From Klebsormidium nitens (lineage: Eukaryota > Plantae > Klebsormidiophyceae), in assembly GCA_000708835.1 (NCBI GenBank), contig DF237287.1, forward strand, positions 36,656 to 100,655: a stretch of DNA of 64,000 nt. Direction: 5' to 3'. Position numbers and translations under genes: made by a program. A model generated the notes under the pieces. The model did not search any database. It was not told where the DNA came from and saw only the letters and a program-made list of their open reading frames with translations. Positions within the stretch are counted from its first letter, which is position 1; the number at the start of each line of letters is the position of its first letter. Shown here one piece after another: positions 25,801 to 36,955 of the stretch.

Positions 25801-27982
25801 TGTGCAGTTGGTGACGCTGTCGCGCGTGGAGAAGGTGCGGCGCATCATGCAGGTCCTGAGCAGTTGCCACCACAACAGTTTCCCGGTCATCGACCGCGCG
25901 GAGGGCGCCGAGGAGCACTTCAGCGGCCTCATCCTGCGGCACACGCTGCTCGTGCTGCTGACCGGCAAGCAGGACTTCCAGCGGAGCCCCAAGGTGGGCA
26001 GGGTTTTCCTTGACACTGTGATTTGCTTTATGACTCAAAAGTAACCACATGGTTTCTCAAGGTGTCAAGAGGAGGTGCAGAAAGGGAAGGGCATACACGA
26101 ACTCGAGGAGTGTCTGATCTTTTAGTGTCGATACTGGAGGTTCGAGTCTTCACGGGTTCTGGGGAGTTGGGCTCAGAGTTTGAGGCTCGTTAGTTGCATA
26201 AGCCACGGTTCTTAGCGATGTCTCAATCTGGGTGCGAGATTCATCAAAGCCGACACATTGGTGGCGTTGGTCTGTTTGAGAGAATACCTTGAAGGGAATG
26301 CAGCTGGACTCACAAGGTTCGGGGGTGTGGCACCTAAGGGACCCAGGAGAGAAGAACAGCGGAGTTGTTTCATTCTCTGCAGTGCTGACATACGTTTCTT
26401 CTTCGACTTGCTTTGCTTTTCCACCCCTCCTCTGATCCCCACCCCTCAAAAGTAACCGCGGGGCCGTAAGCTGGTGCACATCTGCCGGCTGGATATGGTG
26501 ACCATTAACTCTAACCATTGGCACTGGAAATCTGACGCTGCACAATTGGTCGCCTGGACACAGCAAGTGTCAATGACAACAATTGGCACCGCTAACCTAA
26601 CCGCTGCCCACTAACCTGGTGCCGATTTGCAGCATCGACACTGCGACACGGCGAGTATAAGTGAAACTCACTGGCCGCTGATTCCGACATTACCCGTAAC
26701 ACTCTGCAGATCCCCCTCGAGGCGGTGAAGTGCACAATTCACTGGGGGCGTATCGGCGCAACAAATGTTCAACGCTTTTCAAACGCTTTTTGAATACTAG
26801 AACCCAAGAGCCTTGATGCACCAAGACCAGTAAACCTGCTTTGCTAACCCGGTGCAGATCCGCCGCCTGTACACCGTGATGGGCCCGTCTTATACTAACG
26901 CAGTTTGAAGCCGACAAAGTTAAAGCGTCAAATCGCTAACACCAGTAAACCTGCTTTCTGACACGTGCAGATCCGCCGCCTGGACACCGTGATGGGCACG
27001 ATCCACGGGGGCCGCGTCGGCGCCGGCGCGGGCGGCCCGACACATGACACGTACAACGACTTTGCGAAGCCGGGGTCGGGCAAGATGCTGCGCGTGCAGG
27101 ACGTGGCGCTGACGGAGGACGAGATGGAGCACTACATCGACCTCGCGCCGTTCCTTAACCCGGCGCCGTTTGTGGTGCAGGAGCACATGTCGCTGACCAA
27201 GGTGGGTTAGGCTTAACCCGCAGGGTTGTTTTGATCTGGTGCTTGAAATAAAGGCGGGGTTAAGAGACCCGGCGCCGTTCGTGGTGCAGGAGCACATGTC
27301 GCTGACCAAGGTGGGTTAGGGTTAACCCGCAGGGTTGGTTGGATTTGGTGGTTGAAATGAAGGCGGGGTAAGGAGACCCAGCGCCATTCGTGGTGCAGGA
27401 GCACATGTCGCTGACCAAGGTGGGTTAGGGTTAACGTGTGTTCGGTTGGTGACGGTGCCAGGACTGAAATAGGCGCTTTCATGCTCCGGACACGGTCATT
27501 GGAATCTCGAGGAGCCACAAGATGAGATAGAGCAGGAGCTTTGTAGGCTTTGCTGAGGAACAGGATTTACCTATGTCGGTTGATGTTTTTGGCTGGACCG
27601 ATATCTGCGGGTCAATTAATGCATTTATGAAGCAGACCCTGCCTGAAAGCGGACAACCGAGAAAGCCGGACTCTCGAAGCTGCCCTTCTGCTAGGGCGGT
27701 TTGCAGACTCTTTTTAAGCGACTCTCAAAGACAGGAGCGTGTGTGTACTTTCCCGAGGCGAGCTCATGTAAACCACTTTGAATAAGCTTTGCCTAGGTTA
27801 TCGTTATCCATCGACTATTGTCTCTGCAGGTATACAACCTGTTCCGGCAGCTCGGACGGCGCCACCTGGCGGTCATTCCTGCGCCGCAGCAGATCGTGGG
27901 CATCATCACACGCAAGGATCTCCTGCCTGAGCGGCTGGAGGCCTTGTTCCCGGAGGCGGTGCACCACCATCACCTGCAGTGA
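16836..27982 (+). CDS. CLCd: CLC anion/H+ transporter of the CLC-d clade, with two CBS domains, multi-exon
   Basis: [81 protein letters not shown]; GIYD; CBS exons ending YIDLAPFLNP...MSLTK-VYNLFRQLG; stop 27980-27982. The sequence tracks the remembered Arabidopsis CLC-d sequence closely. Confidence 0.95.
18461..18779. repeat. C-rich minisatellite of about 30 bp (CCCCCCCCTCGAATTCTCACACTCTCGG) spanning an assembly gap, abutting CLC exon 2 acceptor
   Basis: At least 4 units before and several degenerate units after the N run; the last unit runs into cccccctacag|GAC. Confidence 0.85.
18572..18616. other. Assembly gap (45 N)
   Basis: Run of N. Confidence 1.
21665..21829. mobile_element. Intronic about 165-bp TIR element, copy 2 (CLC intron)
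   Basis: AGTTTTTGGCCGTTAACCA ... TGGTTAGGAGCCAAAACT inverted termini; shares ccatgg.tggttaggggct, acttgggc and tctggt..cagcctggttag with copy 1. Confidence 0.65.
25300..25700 (+). repeat. Three degenerate copies of the CLC CBS1 exon acceptor plus first about 57 nt
   Basis: gcag-T(T/C)GGTGACGCTGT..CGC.TGGAGAAGGTG.GGCGCA....GCAGGTCCTCAGCAGC at about 25311, 25477, 25637; the real exon starts at 25808. Confidence 0.9.
27268..27435 (+). repeat. Two copies of the CLC exon 3' end plus donor site
   Basis: GTGGTGCAGGAGCACATGTCGCTGACCAAG|GTGGGTTAG is identical at the real donor (27201) and at 27310 and 27419. Confidence 0.9.
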
Positions 27983-28953
27983 CTGGGCCTTTTCGTTTCG
28001 CTCCCCTTAAAACGGGGCCTCCGTTATAAAGACATTGGGTAACAAGTCGGAAGACTTGGTAAAGCGCCAGCATAGGGCCATGGGCATGTATAGAATAAGA
28101 AGCTTCATTGCGGGCCACTTTGCAAAAGTTATATTTATCCGACGGCCGGAGCATTGAAAGACAGTTCGCCGCATAATGCATTTGTTTGTAAGATGAGGTC
28201 TTGGATGGCCCATGCGCTCAGTTGTTGCAACCTGGGTTGGTAAACGAACCATTGGCTTTGCTCTTGAAATTGTCGCAGTTGCAGCTGGGAGGTAAGAAAC
28301 TTTACGAACCAGTGGGGTCCTGATTAGCCTGTCAAGTAAGCGACCGTTGTCAAAAGTTTAGCGACAAGATCATGCTAGCTCTACGGACAGCCAATGTCGC
28401 CGGATCGTGGACATCTTAAAGGTCACCTTTCACTTACTTTTGTTACCTTAGAGCGCTTGCTCAAAGTTGATGGTTGAATCTGCTACGTCGACATGGGCTA
28501 CATTGTGTGAACCCGGCACACATGCACAATACGTATGTCCAATTGCATTTTCAATCGCATGTGCGCATGCTATCTGCAATCAATGTTGAGTGCAGCGCCT
28601 GCGGCTGCCGTACGTTCAGGATACGCGCGCGCTTTCAGAATATGTCTCGTATGTTGTATATATATTGACGCGGTCCACATGCACGATCGACGATCAAATT
28701 AGCTAGCTTGAATAGGTTATAGTAAGAGATTTGGATTAACATTGCATCAAGCATACCGGCCCTGCCGTTCCGAGTTGTAAATCTCAATGCTGCCCCAGCC
28801 AGGGGTTGAAAGTTGCTCGCTGGTCTTCTTATTCCGCCTGCCAAACTTGAATCTTACAAGTCCAATAAGAACTCTTTAAGTCGAAGTGCGCTTTGCACTC
28901 TGATCATCATGAAGGGCTGTACGACATATGGTCGTCTAAATCAAGCGTAACCT

Positions 28954-31900
28954 CTAATAGCTCGAACCGTAGGTGTATTGGAATTTCACTTTCAGCAAGT
29001 AGCGCATGCATGCCTGTGCCTCCTTGTACACGATGAACTCGTTGTATTGCAGGTAACTCTGCAGGGAGCGAGACTTGTCATCAACAAAAGGAAAGAACAG
29101 AGTATGTCAATGAAGCACATTCCGAAACCACTTGAAGTCATTTCTTAAATCGGGAAACGATTTCGTCAATGCACGGGCTTTCACTTGACCCCCAACGTGC
29201 AAAGCGCAGCCGAGACAGACTACCGTCCAGCAGAACGAGCTCAGTGCCTCGTTCCCCAAAGTTCTTCCACTCTCCGATAAATTATGCCAGACGGTCTTAC
29301 GACTATCTGCACAATTTGGATACGTTCGTTTCCACAGGTCGATGATACACTCGGCTTGCATGCTGTTTCAAAAGCCGGAGAGCTCACCCGGCCGTTAGTT
29401 GTGTTTTTCGGGGTGCCCAGAGGGACCTTCGCTCCATTGGGCAAGAGCACGTCTTGTGCAGGATCGGGGGCGGTCTTGCCGATGCCTTTGGTGCTCATCT
29501 GCCCGTTTTCGAGCATATCTCCGGCCTCGTAGTTCGCCTCGAGGAGCTCGTACATATCCCCGAGCGCAACCTGCGGTGGGTAAAGGCAATGCGAAGGGGA
29601 CGTGAGACTGTTTTGGGTTGCCTACAGAAATCGCATCAAGATTCGACGAGAGGGGCGATGAAAGAGCGATTGGAGGTACCTTAGGAAGCTGATAACAGTC
29701 GGAGGACGAAGAGAGCCAACGAATGGACCGACCGAAGGGTTTGAAACGGCCCAGCAGAGACTAGACCAGGGGAGCAATCAGAGAGTGGATAACATGATGA
29801 TTCAGGGTCACGATCAGAGAGTCGAGCAGGAGCAATCGGACAGTGATCAATAGACATATTGGAGGACATAGACAAGGGGCTAACAACCCGAGATAGTTCA
29901 AGGCGGCGACTGCCTATGAGAGCCGTAACATAAGAGAATCTTGGCGTGCAAGTTGAACAGCATGCAAGCAACTTGCGACTCTTCATTTCAGGAACAAGTA
30001 GTTCGAGGCTGTGAGTCTATCTTCGGCGACGGTCACCCGTCTGAATCGAAACGAGACCTCCCCGTACATCAGTGTTGGCGCAACACGTACCTCTGCAAGG
30101 GCCAGGATGCCGGTTGGGTTGGTAGCGGAGGTGAAGCAGTAGTTGGCACTCTTGGACACCATGTCGGCGAAGTAGATGCCCTTGCCTGTGCCAAAAAGAA
30201 GCTGCGTCATCCCGTGTTCTTAACGAAATGTCAGAGGTTAACAGGCGCTCCGAGGTCCATCGCCATGAAAGGCGATCGAACTGCAATGCTGTCGACCGCA
30301 AGGTACGCGGTTGGATGAGGGTCGCTATTTCCGCGATCGTCAGAAGAAGGTTGGGATGCAAGAAACTCACCGAACATGTAGCCAGTCACCGGCGCCTCTG
30401 GCGGTGCAATGCGCAGACCTGTACAAAAAAGTATTAGTAGGGCGTTAAGAATATCAAAGAATACCTTAAAGAAAGAGTAAAACAAGAGGGAGTCAATGAC
30501 GAAATACTCAATCAGCTATCAGGTCTAAAACAAACAGTTCCGGATATAAGAGAGCGGTTGTCTACCAAATCCAAACAAAATGTTCGGGTAGAAATGCCGT
30601 TACGGGATCCCGCGTCAGAGCAGATGATAGAGGTCTGAAGGCAAGGCGGATCAGAACCATACACTTGACGCACGAGATGCTGCCAAACGTCACAGGCAGC
30701 TTTCGTGATCCGATTTACTTGGTACTTGTATCCGAGAACCGCATCTACCAAGCAGGGACAGTGTCTCGCAGAGACAAATTCCTCAAACATTCTCATCATC
30801 AAGTGCACGAGCAGAGGTCAAGAATGCAATTCACCTTGAGAGAGGATGCCAGTCCAGTTGGTCAGCCGGGACCCGTGCCAGAGTAGCATGCGGTTATGGT
30901 TGTCGGAGTACTGCGGAGAAAGCGTATGCAACGGTCACTATGTCACTGTGCTCCAGAAGGTGCGCATCTGCGTTCGCTACTCGCTCATTCGCCTGATGAA
31001 AGGATAACAAGCGTAACACAGCAATCGCATTGATTAGTAAGAAGTCTCCAGCCTCGTGCGCCCAACAAAACGAGCGCCCAAACTGGTGCCTTGTAGTTAG
31101 AAGATCCGAGGAACAAAAGTATGCGACTTCTTACAGCGCGTATATAGAAAAGCAACCAGAGAGGCTACCCACCGGCTTGTACCGCTCCTCCTCGCTTTGT
31201 CTCCGGACCTTGAAGATCTGCTCCACCACCAGCTTGTACCCGCTGTGGGTATGCCCGTGCGTGTTCTGCACATACTTCCGCAGCTGCGAGGAAAGAGCGT
31301 CTCTCATTTGCAGAACAAGCAATTTACGCACAAGGCCGCGGAAGCAGCTAAGAGCTGACCAGTTTGGAAAACACGTTCTTCAGCACAGATCTCGGGTTCG
31401 TCACAACACAGCAATGCGCTGTTTGTTTCTCGAAAGGAAAGCTTTCGACAAACAAGGCAGATGCAAACCAAACAGATGCGAAACGTTCAAATGAGGAATC
31501 GAGAGGAAGGCTTTTAACGTTAGCGACTCAAGGGCTCTCTCCCTCTGCCCAAAGCCAGGTGGCAGCTTGATACCGGTGAAGCCCGGAATACGACCAGGGA
31601 CGTAAGGAGCACCGTAAGGCGCTTTCAGCTCGACGTGTCTTTCTCTCGTTCGGCAAGAAAAGATCAGCGACTAATTCTGCAGAATCAAACTTCCTCCGTT
31701 TTGAAGCCCCGTAGGGAAGCGGCGAAGTTCGAAGTTAAAATGTCTCAAGCGCCCAAAACGAAGCGTTCTTCGGGAAAGGCTGGAGAAGGAGAAGCTTCGC
31801 ACCATCTTGGCTTCTTCGCTGTCGTCGTCCACAGGCTCGAGGTCGCAATTCAATCGGTCGTAGTTTTGATCGGCAGGGTGGACCTGTTCGAAAAAGAGGA

Positions 31901-34900
31901 ACCGAAGGTTTGTCCCACTGATTGAAGAGTGTGAGAAGTCAGTTCGACCAATGCGATGGCTTTCCAGTGACGTGGATACGAGAAGTACTGCTCTGGGCCT
32001 TTTCGCTGAAGGACAATTGTAAAGTCGTGTATCTGATACAGCGACAAGACGCTGAAGACGTGAGCAGTTTCAGGTCGACGCGGAAGCCAAGAGCCACTAA
32101 CACACCGTCCCAGCCTAGCCCTGCAAGGTAGTACGCTTTGGACCCACTCGCTTCAAGAGCTTCGCAGGTATGCATTGACTGGTGACGGCTGTACGCATAC
32201 CAAATCGCTGGACACCGTCGAATACTTTGAGCAGGGCCATTCGAGATTGCCAGCAGAAGCTAGCCTTGCCCTGAGCAACGACTACCGGTATATCAAGCGC
32301 GCCTGGTGAGACTCGAATAAATAGTACAGTGTCTATGACGTGGTGCTCACGTCAGAGGCCTCGCCGTCTCCTCCGAGCAGCTTGGTGGCCAACTCAATCT
32401 CCGCTAAGGCCTCAACCTGCAAGTCGGACATTGAGCTGACGTCAGAAACACGGGTCTTTATGATTCGAAACGCTCATCGAGTACTTAACCAACTTATCTC
32501 TTTTCGTCATCTTCCGTCTACCTGCGACGAGCGATACTTGAAGGCACAACATCTGCGCCGTGCGGTCCTGCTTACCTGCTTCGAATTTAGATGCAAGCAG
32601 GGGGAACACAGGGGACTTGACTATGATGTACGTACGTTGCCAGCAGCACGTGATTGATGACCATGCAGGGTGGAGTTTAATGATACGAACGAGGCAACCC
32701 ACCATTTCTAGCTTCTTCTTGAGCATTGCCGGCGATTTGATCACATAGTCACCTGCAGTCGACGGATAGCAATTTAAGACTCGTCCTGATCCAACCTTGT
32801 GCCATGCAATCGGAGCGCAATCTGCAAGTCAGGCTTAGCTTCTCAATCGTCCTTCGTGTTGCTTCGTTAAGCAGAAAAACGGCTGCTTTCAAAGCAAGGA
32901 AACATTACATTAGAAGGGCGCCTCACTCATTTTCTTGAAGCCGAAGTCGTGTGGAATGACGGTGTAAAACTCGCTGTAAAACAGGAACAATCGTATCAGA
33001 CTTGGAAGCATCATCTTTCAAAAGAGCAACATATTCATCCTCTTCGACTTCCAGTGGATGTAACTCTAGGTAAGACTATTAATGGATGTTCGCCCTAGGA
33101 ATTCGCCAGACAACAATCCCTCCAGCTGAGACACTTACCTGCTTAACTCAGCAAGCTTGTTGTTCTGCTTGCTTTCCATGGCAGCGGATATCTTTTTCAG
33201 CACTTCATAGCCCCGCATGATCGTCTTCTTGCTCAACTTTCCTAGCGGCATCTTCCGAGCATCGTAACCTGCGCGATAACAGTGGGAGAGAGCTTCCCTC
33301 ACAAATACGGGAAGACTGGTGTTTTTGTCGCATGCCAAATTTGAATTTGACTTCAGATTTGTGACAATATGCTTACAAGAGGGGCAACATCCTCCAAGCA
33401 GGCCCTTGTCGCCCAGGCCTTCAGGACAGGCGAGTGTAGCAGAGAGCTTCGATGAATGCTTTGTTCATTGGTCGGAGTGACCGAAACTGGGGGCTGCGAC
33501 CGTTCGTTGGAGTGGAACGATTTTTTTCTTGCCGGACTTCACCGTAAAGAAGAGCAACGTACAGGGAACAGTAGTCCAACACCTTGAGACGAAGGTCTTA
33601 GAAGAAGTCGCGAGGGGGAGTGGTCGTAAGCGTACCTATCTCGACCATCTGCTGGCTCATCATGTCAAGGTTGCAGATCAACTCAATGAGTTCGCGAACT
33701 CTAGAGTCCAACTTCGACTCCGCGGACTTGACTGGTGCTTTGCTTTTCCCCTTGTCCTTCTCGCTTAGTGCCTGCAGGAGACAAGACCGCACATGAGTCA
33801 AGAGGTTCGATATACGCCAAATGTCTAAAGAAGTCGAAGACCACGAAACGAGAGAAGTTGCCCGACTTGAAGAGCAAGGCTTGCGAGCAGGTTCAGGAGT
33901 TCCCAAAGACGAAAGACGTCTGTATCTGGGAAAATCAAAAGTGGGGGGCACCGAAAAAAATGAACCAACCTTCAGCTTTTCGTCCTGCTCATCTTCGGGC
34001 CCATCGTAGTCCATCTCTAGCCTGCAGGCACGAAGATTCTAGTAAGTACGTCCACCTGAGAAGAGAAAGCGATCGAACCCTCTGGAAACGAGTTTCAACA
34101 TAGTTTCAACATTGAAGTTTTTTTCTCAATCATGTGAGCGGCTCAAAGTGGAAACTTCTTGATGATAGCATCAACAACTCTTATGAATAAGCTTCCGTTT
34201 TCCCATGTTCAGCCTTACCAGGTGTATTTGCCTGGGACGGCAGCAAAGTCATGTCTTGCGGACCAGTAGTTCTTGGTTTTCTCGAAGAACTTCTTTTCAA
34301 ACTCGCGAATGGCGCCCTCCTGTTCCAGAAAAAAAGCATGGGTCCTTCGAGATGGAACGAACGCCGAACCTCAAAGGAATCGCAAGTCCACCCCCATGTC
34401 TGATTGAGTTTGTAACTCAGAAGGTGCGTCTTTACATTGGTGCGGGACTGGATACATTTGCAAGACCATCACGGAGCCAACTGCAACATCAGCGACAGGG
34501 TCCGTTCTTCAAGAACGTGCCCAGCTTCGATGGTTGAAACGCATCAATGTCGTGAAACGGACATAGCTTACCTTGTCATAGCCAGACTGCAGCTTGTTTT
34601 GCCCAGGAACGCCAACTCTTCCCCAGCTGCAAAGCAGGCCTTCATCAGGAGGATGGGCGCTTTCGGAAGACTCACACATGGAACTCTAGTCAACCATTAT
34701 CTTGGTACAACAAACTTACTGAGAGGCATTGGTGAGAAACTTGACAATCTTAGCTCGTGTCCTTGAATGCAGATACATTTGAAAGAATCTGCACACAGAG
34801 CTGCCATGTGGAAGTGCAGCGATGCATGCAGCAGAGGCAGGCTAACAGGGTGAGGGAGCACTCACCGAGTCCACACAGAATAGCTCTTGCCACTGTCAGA

Positions 34901-36343
34901 CTCTGTAGAGAAGAGCAATCGAGAAGTGACATGTGAAGAACGTTTGGCATAGCAATCTGATTATAGGCGGTTCGATTGAAGCAGCATCAACACCTTGCAA
35001 GCAAACGTGGTTCACAACATTTTATCCTGCAAACACGCTTACAAGCTCACTGATAGGCCAGATTCAACGCGCTCACCAAGGACTTGTATGACGTAAAACT
35101 TGTTGTTGTTTGCTCCAACGTTGGTCTGGTTTAGCATGCAGTCAAAAACCTCCTCCCCATCTGAAAGGACATGATGGCTCCTCTGCACGTGATCTGGCAG
35201 ATGCTTGTCCAAGACGGCTCGCCCTGCAGAGAAATACGCTTCTCGTTGTGATCCCTACAGCCAGCAAGAGGCTTTGTGAAGACCCCAAGAAAAGGCCTTG
35301 CCGCAACCTTATAGTGGCCTTCTCAATTGGTTATGTGTCGAAGTCTTGTTAATTACAGTTGCCTATTTGGCTGGTCCAACGTCTTCAGAATCTTGTAAGC
35401 TGGAAGTGCTGACCAGGCGCCAAAAATAAGGTCTTTAGAATGTCAATCTTAATGAAGTCCTTTGAAACTAGTAAAGTTCCAACGTTTTCTCGGATTTGAT
35501 AGAAGAAAGAGGTCAACGCAAATCTGCAAAATGAAAGGAAGGAAAAGTACGACCAACGTTAGATATGCATCAAGAAGTTCATGCTTCATTTCAATTTTCA
35601 GCAGTGGCAGAGGACGTATTGCATAAGATCAGAGAGGACGCACACCTTGACCCACATTGGGTTTCCATGAAAGTCTATTAGTACAGGCCCTATTCAATTT
35701 CAAACTCAATGGAAGATGCAGTGCCAGAGAGCAGACAATTGAAGGCAGGGATTCAAAATTTCAGAGCAGATTGATGGTACCTTTCTTTGTAGCAGTGACC
35801 ATCCTCTCTTCCTCCTCTTCTTCCTCCTCGGGCTCGGGCTCAGGCTCAGGCTCAGGCTCTTTGTTCTTCCCCCTTTTTGAAGCCCTCCCTGGTTTAGCGG
35901 CTTCCTCATCCTTCGCAGCTGCAGCTGCTTTTCTTTTCCCCTTGTCTCCCTGTTGGGGGCCATCCAAGCTCGCTGTGGCCCCTGCTGCAGCAGCTGTGCT
36001 TCCATCAGCCTCCTCCAATCGAGCAACCTGCGACCATACACAAGCACAATGTTTGTTCAAAAAGGCCTTCTTTGTGGTGTGAGTTTTGCTTCAGTCAAGA
36101 GTTGAAGAAATGGGTGCACCAGCCTGTGATGATGCCTTGATCACTGGGTTTGCCTTGTGGTTCCATTGTCACTAACACCTGGCTGGTGGTGTAGAAGCAA
36201 ATGCAAACTAACATCAGCTCAGAGCTGAATAATGATGCTCTTGTGCACAGGGCTCTTACCAATGCAGCTTTTAATCCTGTTGTGTCCAGGTTCCTCTGCG
36301 CCAATTCTGCACGGAGTTCCTTGACAGTCATTTTGGCTGCCAT
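28954..36343 (-). CDS. PARP2: Poly(ADP-ribose) polymerase, plant PARP2 type (SAP-WGR-regulatory-catalytic), multi-exon
   Basis: [29 protein letters not shown] (SAP); [21 protein letters not shown] (WGR); KMPLGKLSK; [10 protein letters not shown]; [41 protein letters not shown]; YNEFIVY. Catalytic H-Y-E triad intact. Confidence 0.96.
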
Positions 36344-36955
36344 CTTGAAGAACAATGCAGGATATGTAGAGGCAATTGGAGTGAAAGATTGACGGAAGCT
36401 TGTGCCGTGGCACTTGTTTGTCCAGGAGCTGATTGGACAAAGCCTCGGCCTCAAACTTTGCATCTACAAGGACATTGGGCAGCCATTTGAGAGAATCACT
36501 TCTTTCAAAGCTGGAACAGCCTACTGATCCAGCTGATGCCTTTGATCACACCCGTCACAGGCCAAAGCAGCTCCCTTTCTTGGCCTTCTGGCACTGCAAG
36601 AATGGAGCCAGGGAGCAACTTTTCCTTTCTTTCTAGTGCAGCGGGTTAACGTGGAAGTTCCGCTTAACGTGTCAACCGGACGGGTTCAAGAGCGAGGTTA
36701 AAACATTCTTGGAATTCTGCTCTTCAACGTCTCGTGACTGGCTCGGTATGAATGTTGAACGGCGTTGAAGCGGGACACGGTTAGGTTATTAGCATAACCA
36801 ACTCTGTACAAAGGCTGGGTTTAGGCTACGAAGTTTAACCAGATAAACCCTTCTGCATGCTGAGCACTCGCAAGTTTCTGCTCGACTCTCAAAAGTTTTT
36901 TGAGCATCCTGTGGAAGGGGCCAGAAAAGGAGGCGTTTTCTGCCCGCCAGCAGCC
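36344..36955. promoter_or_regulatory. Probable bidirectional promoter between PARP2 and CSN3 (612 bp between start codons)
   Basis: Divergent ATGs at 36343 and 36956; cluster of GGTTA/TAACC motifs at about 36640-36850. Confidence 0.5.

Noticed and set aside
25300-27435. Repeat-spacer pattern resembling a CRISPR array
   Set aside because: The repeats are copies of CLC exon edges in a eukaryotic intron, with irregular spacing and no cas genes.
27202-27435. GGTTAGGGTTA as interstitial telomere
   Set aside because: Only 1-2 units, propagated as part of the duplicated donor region.
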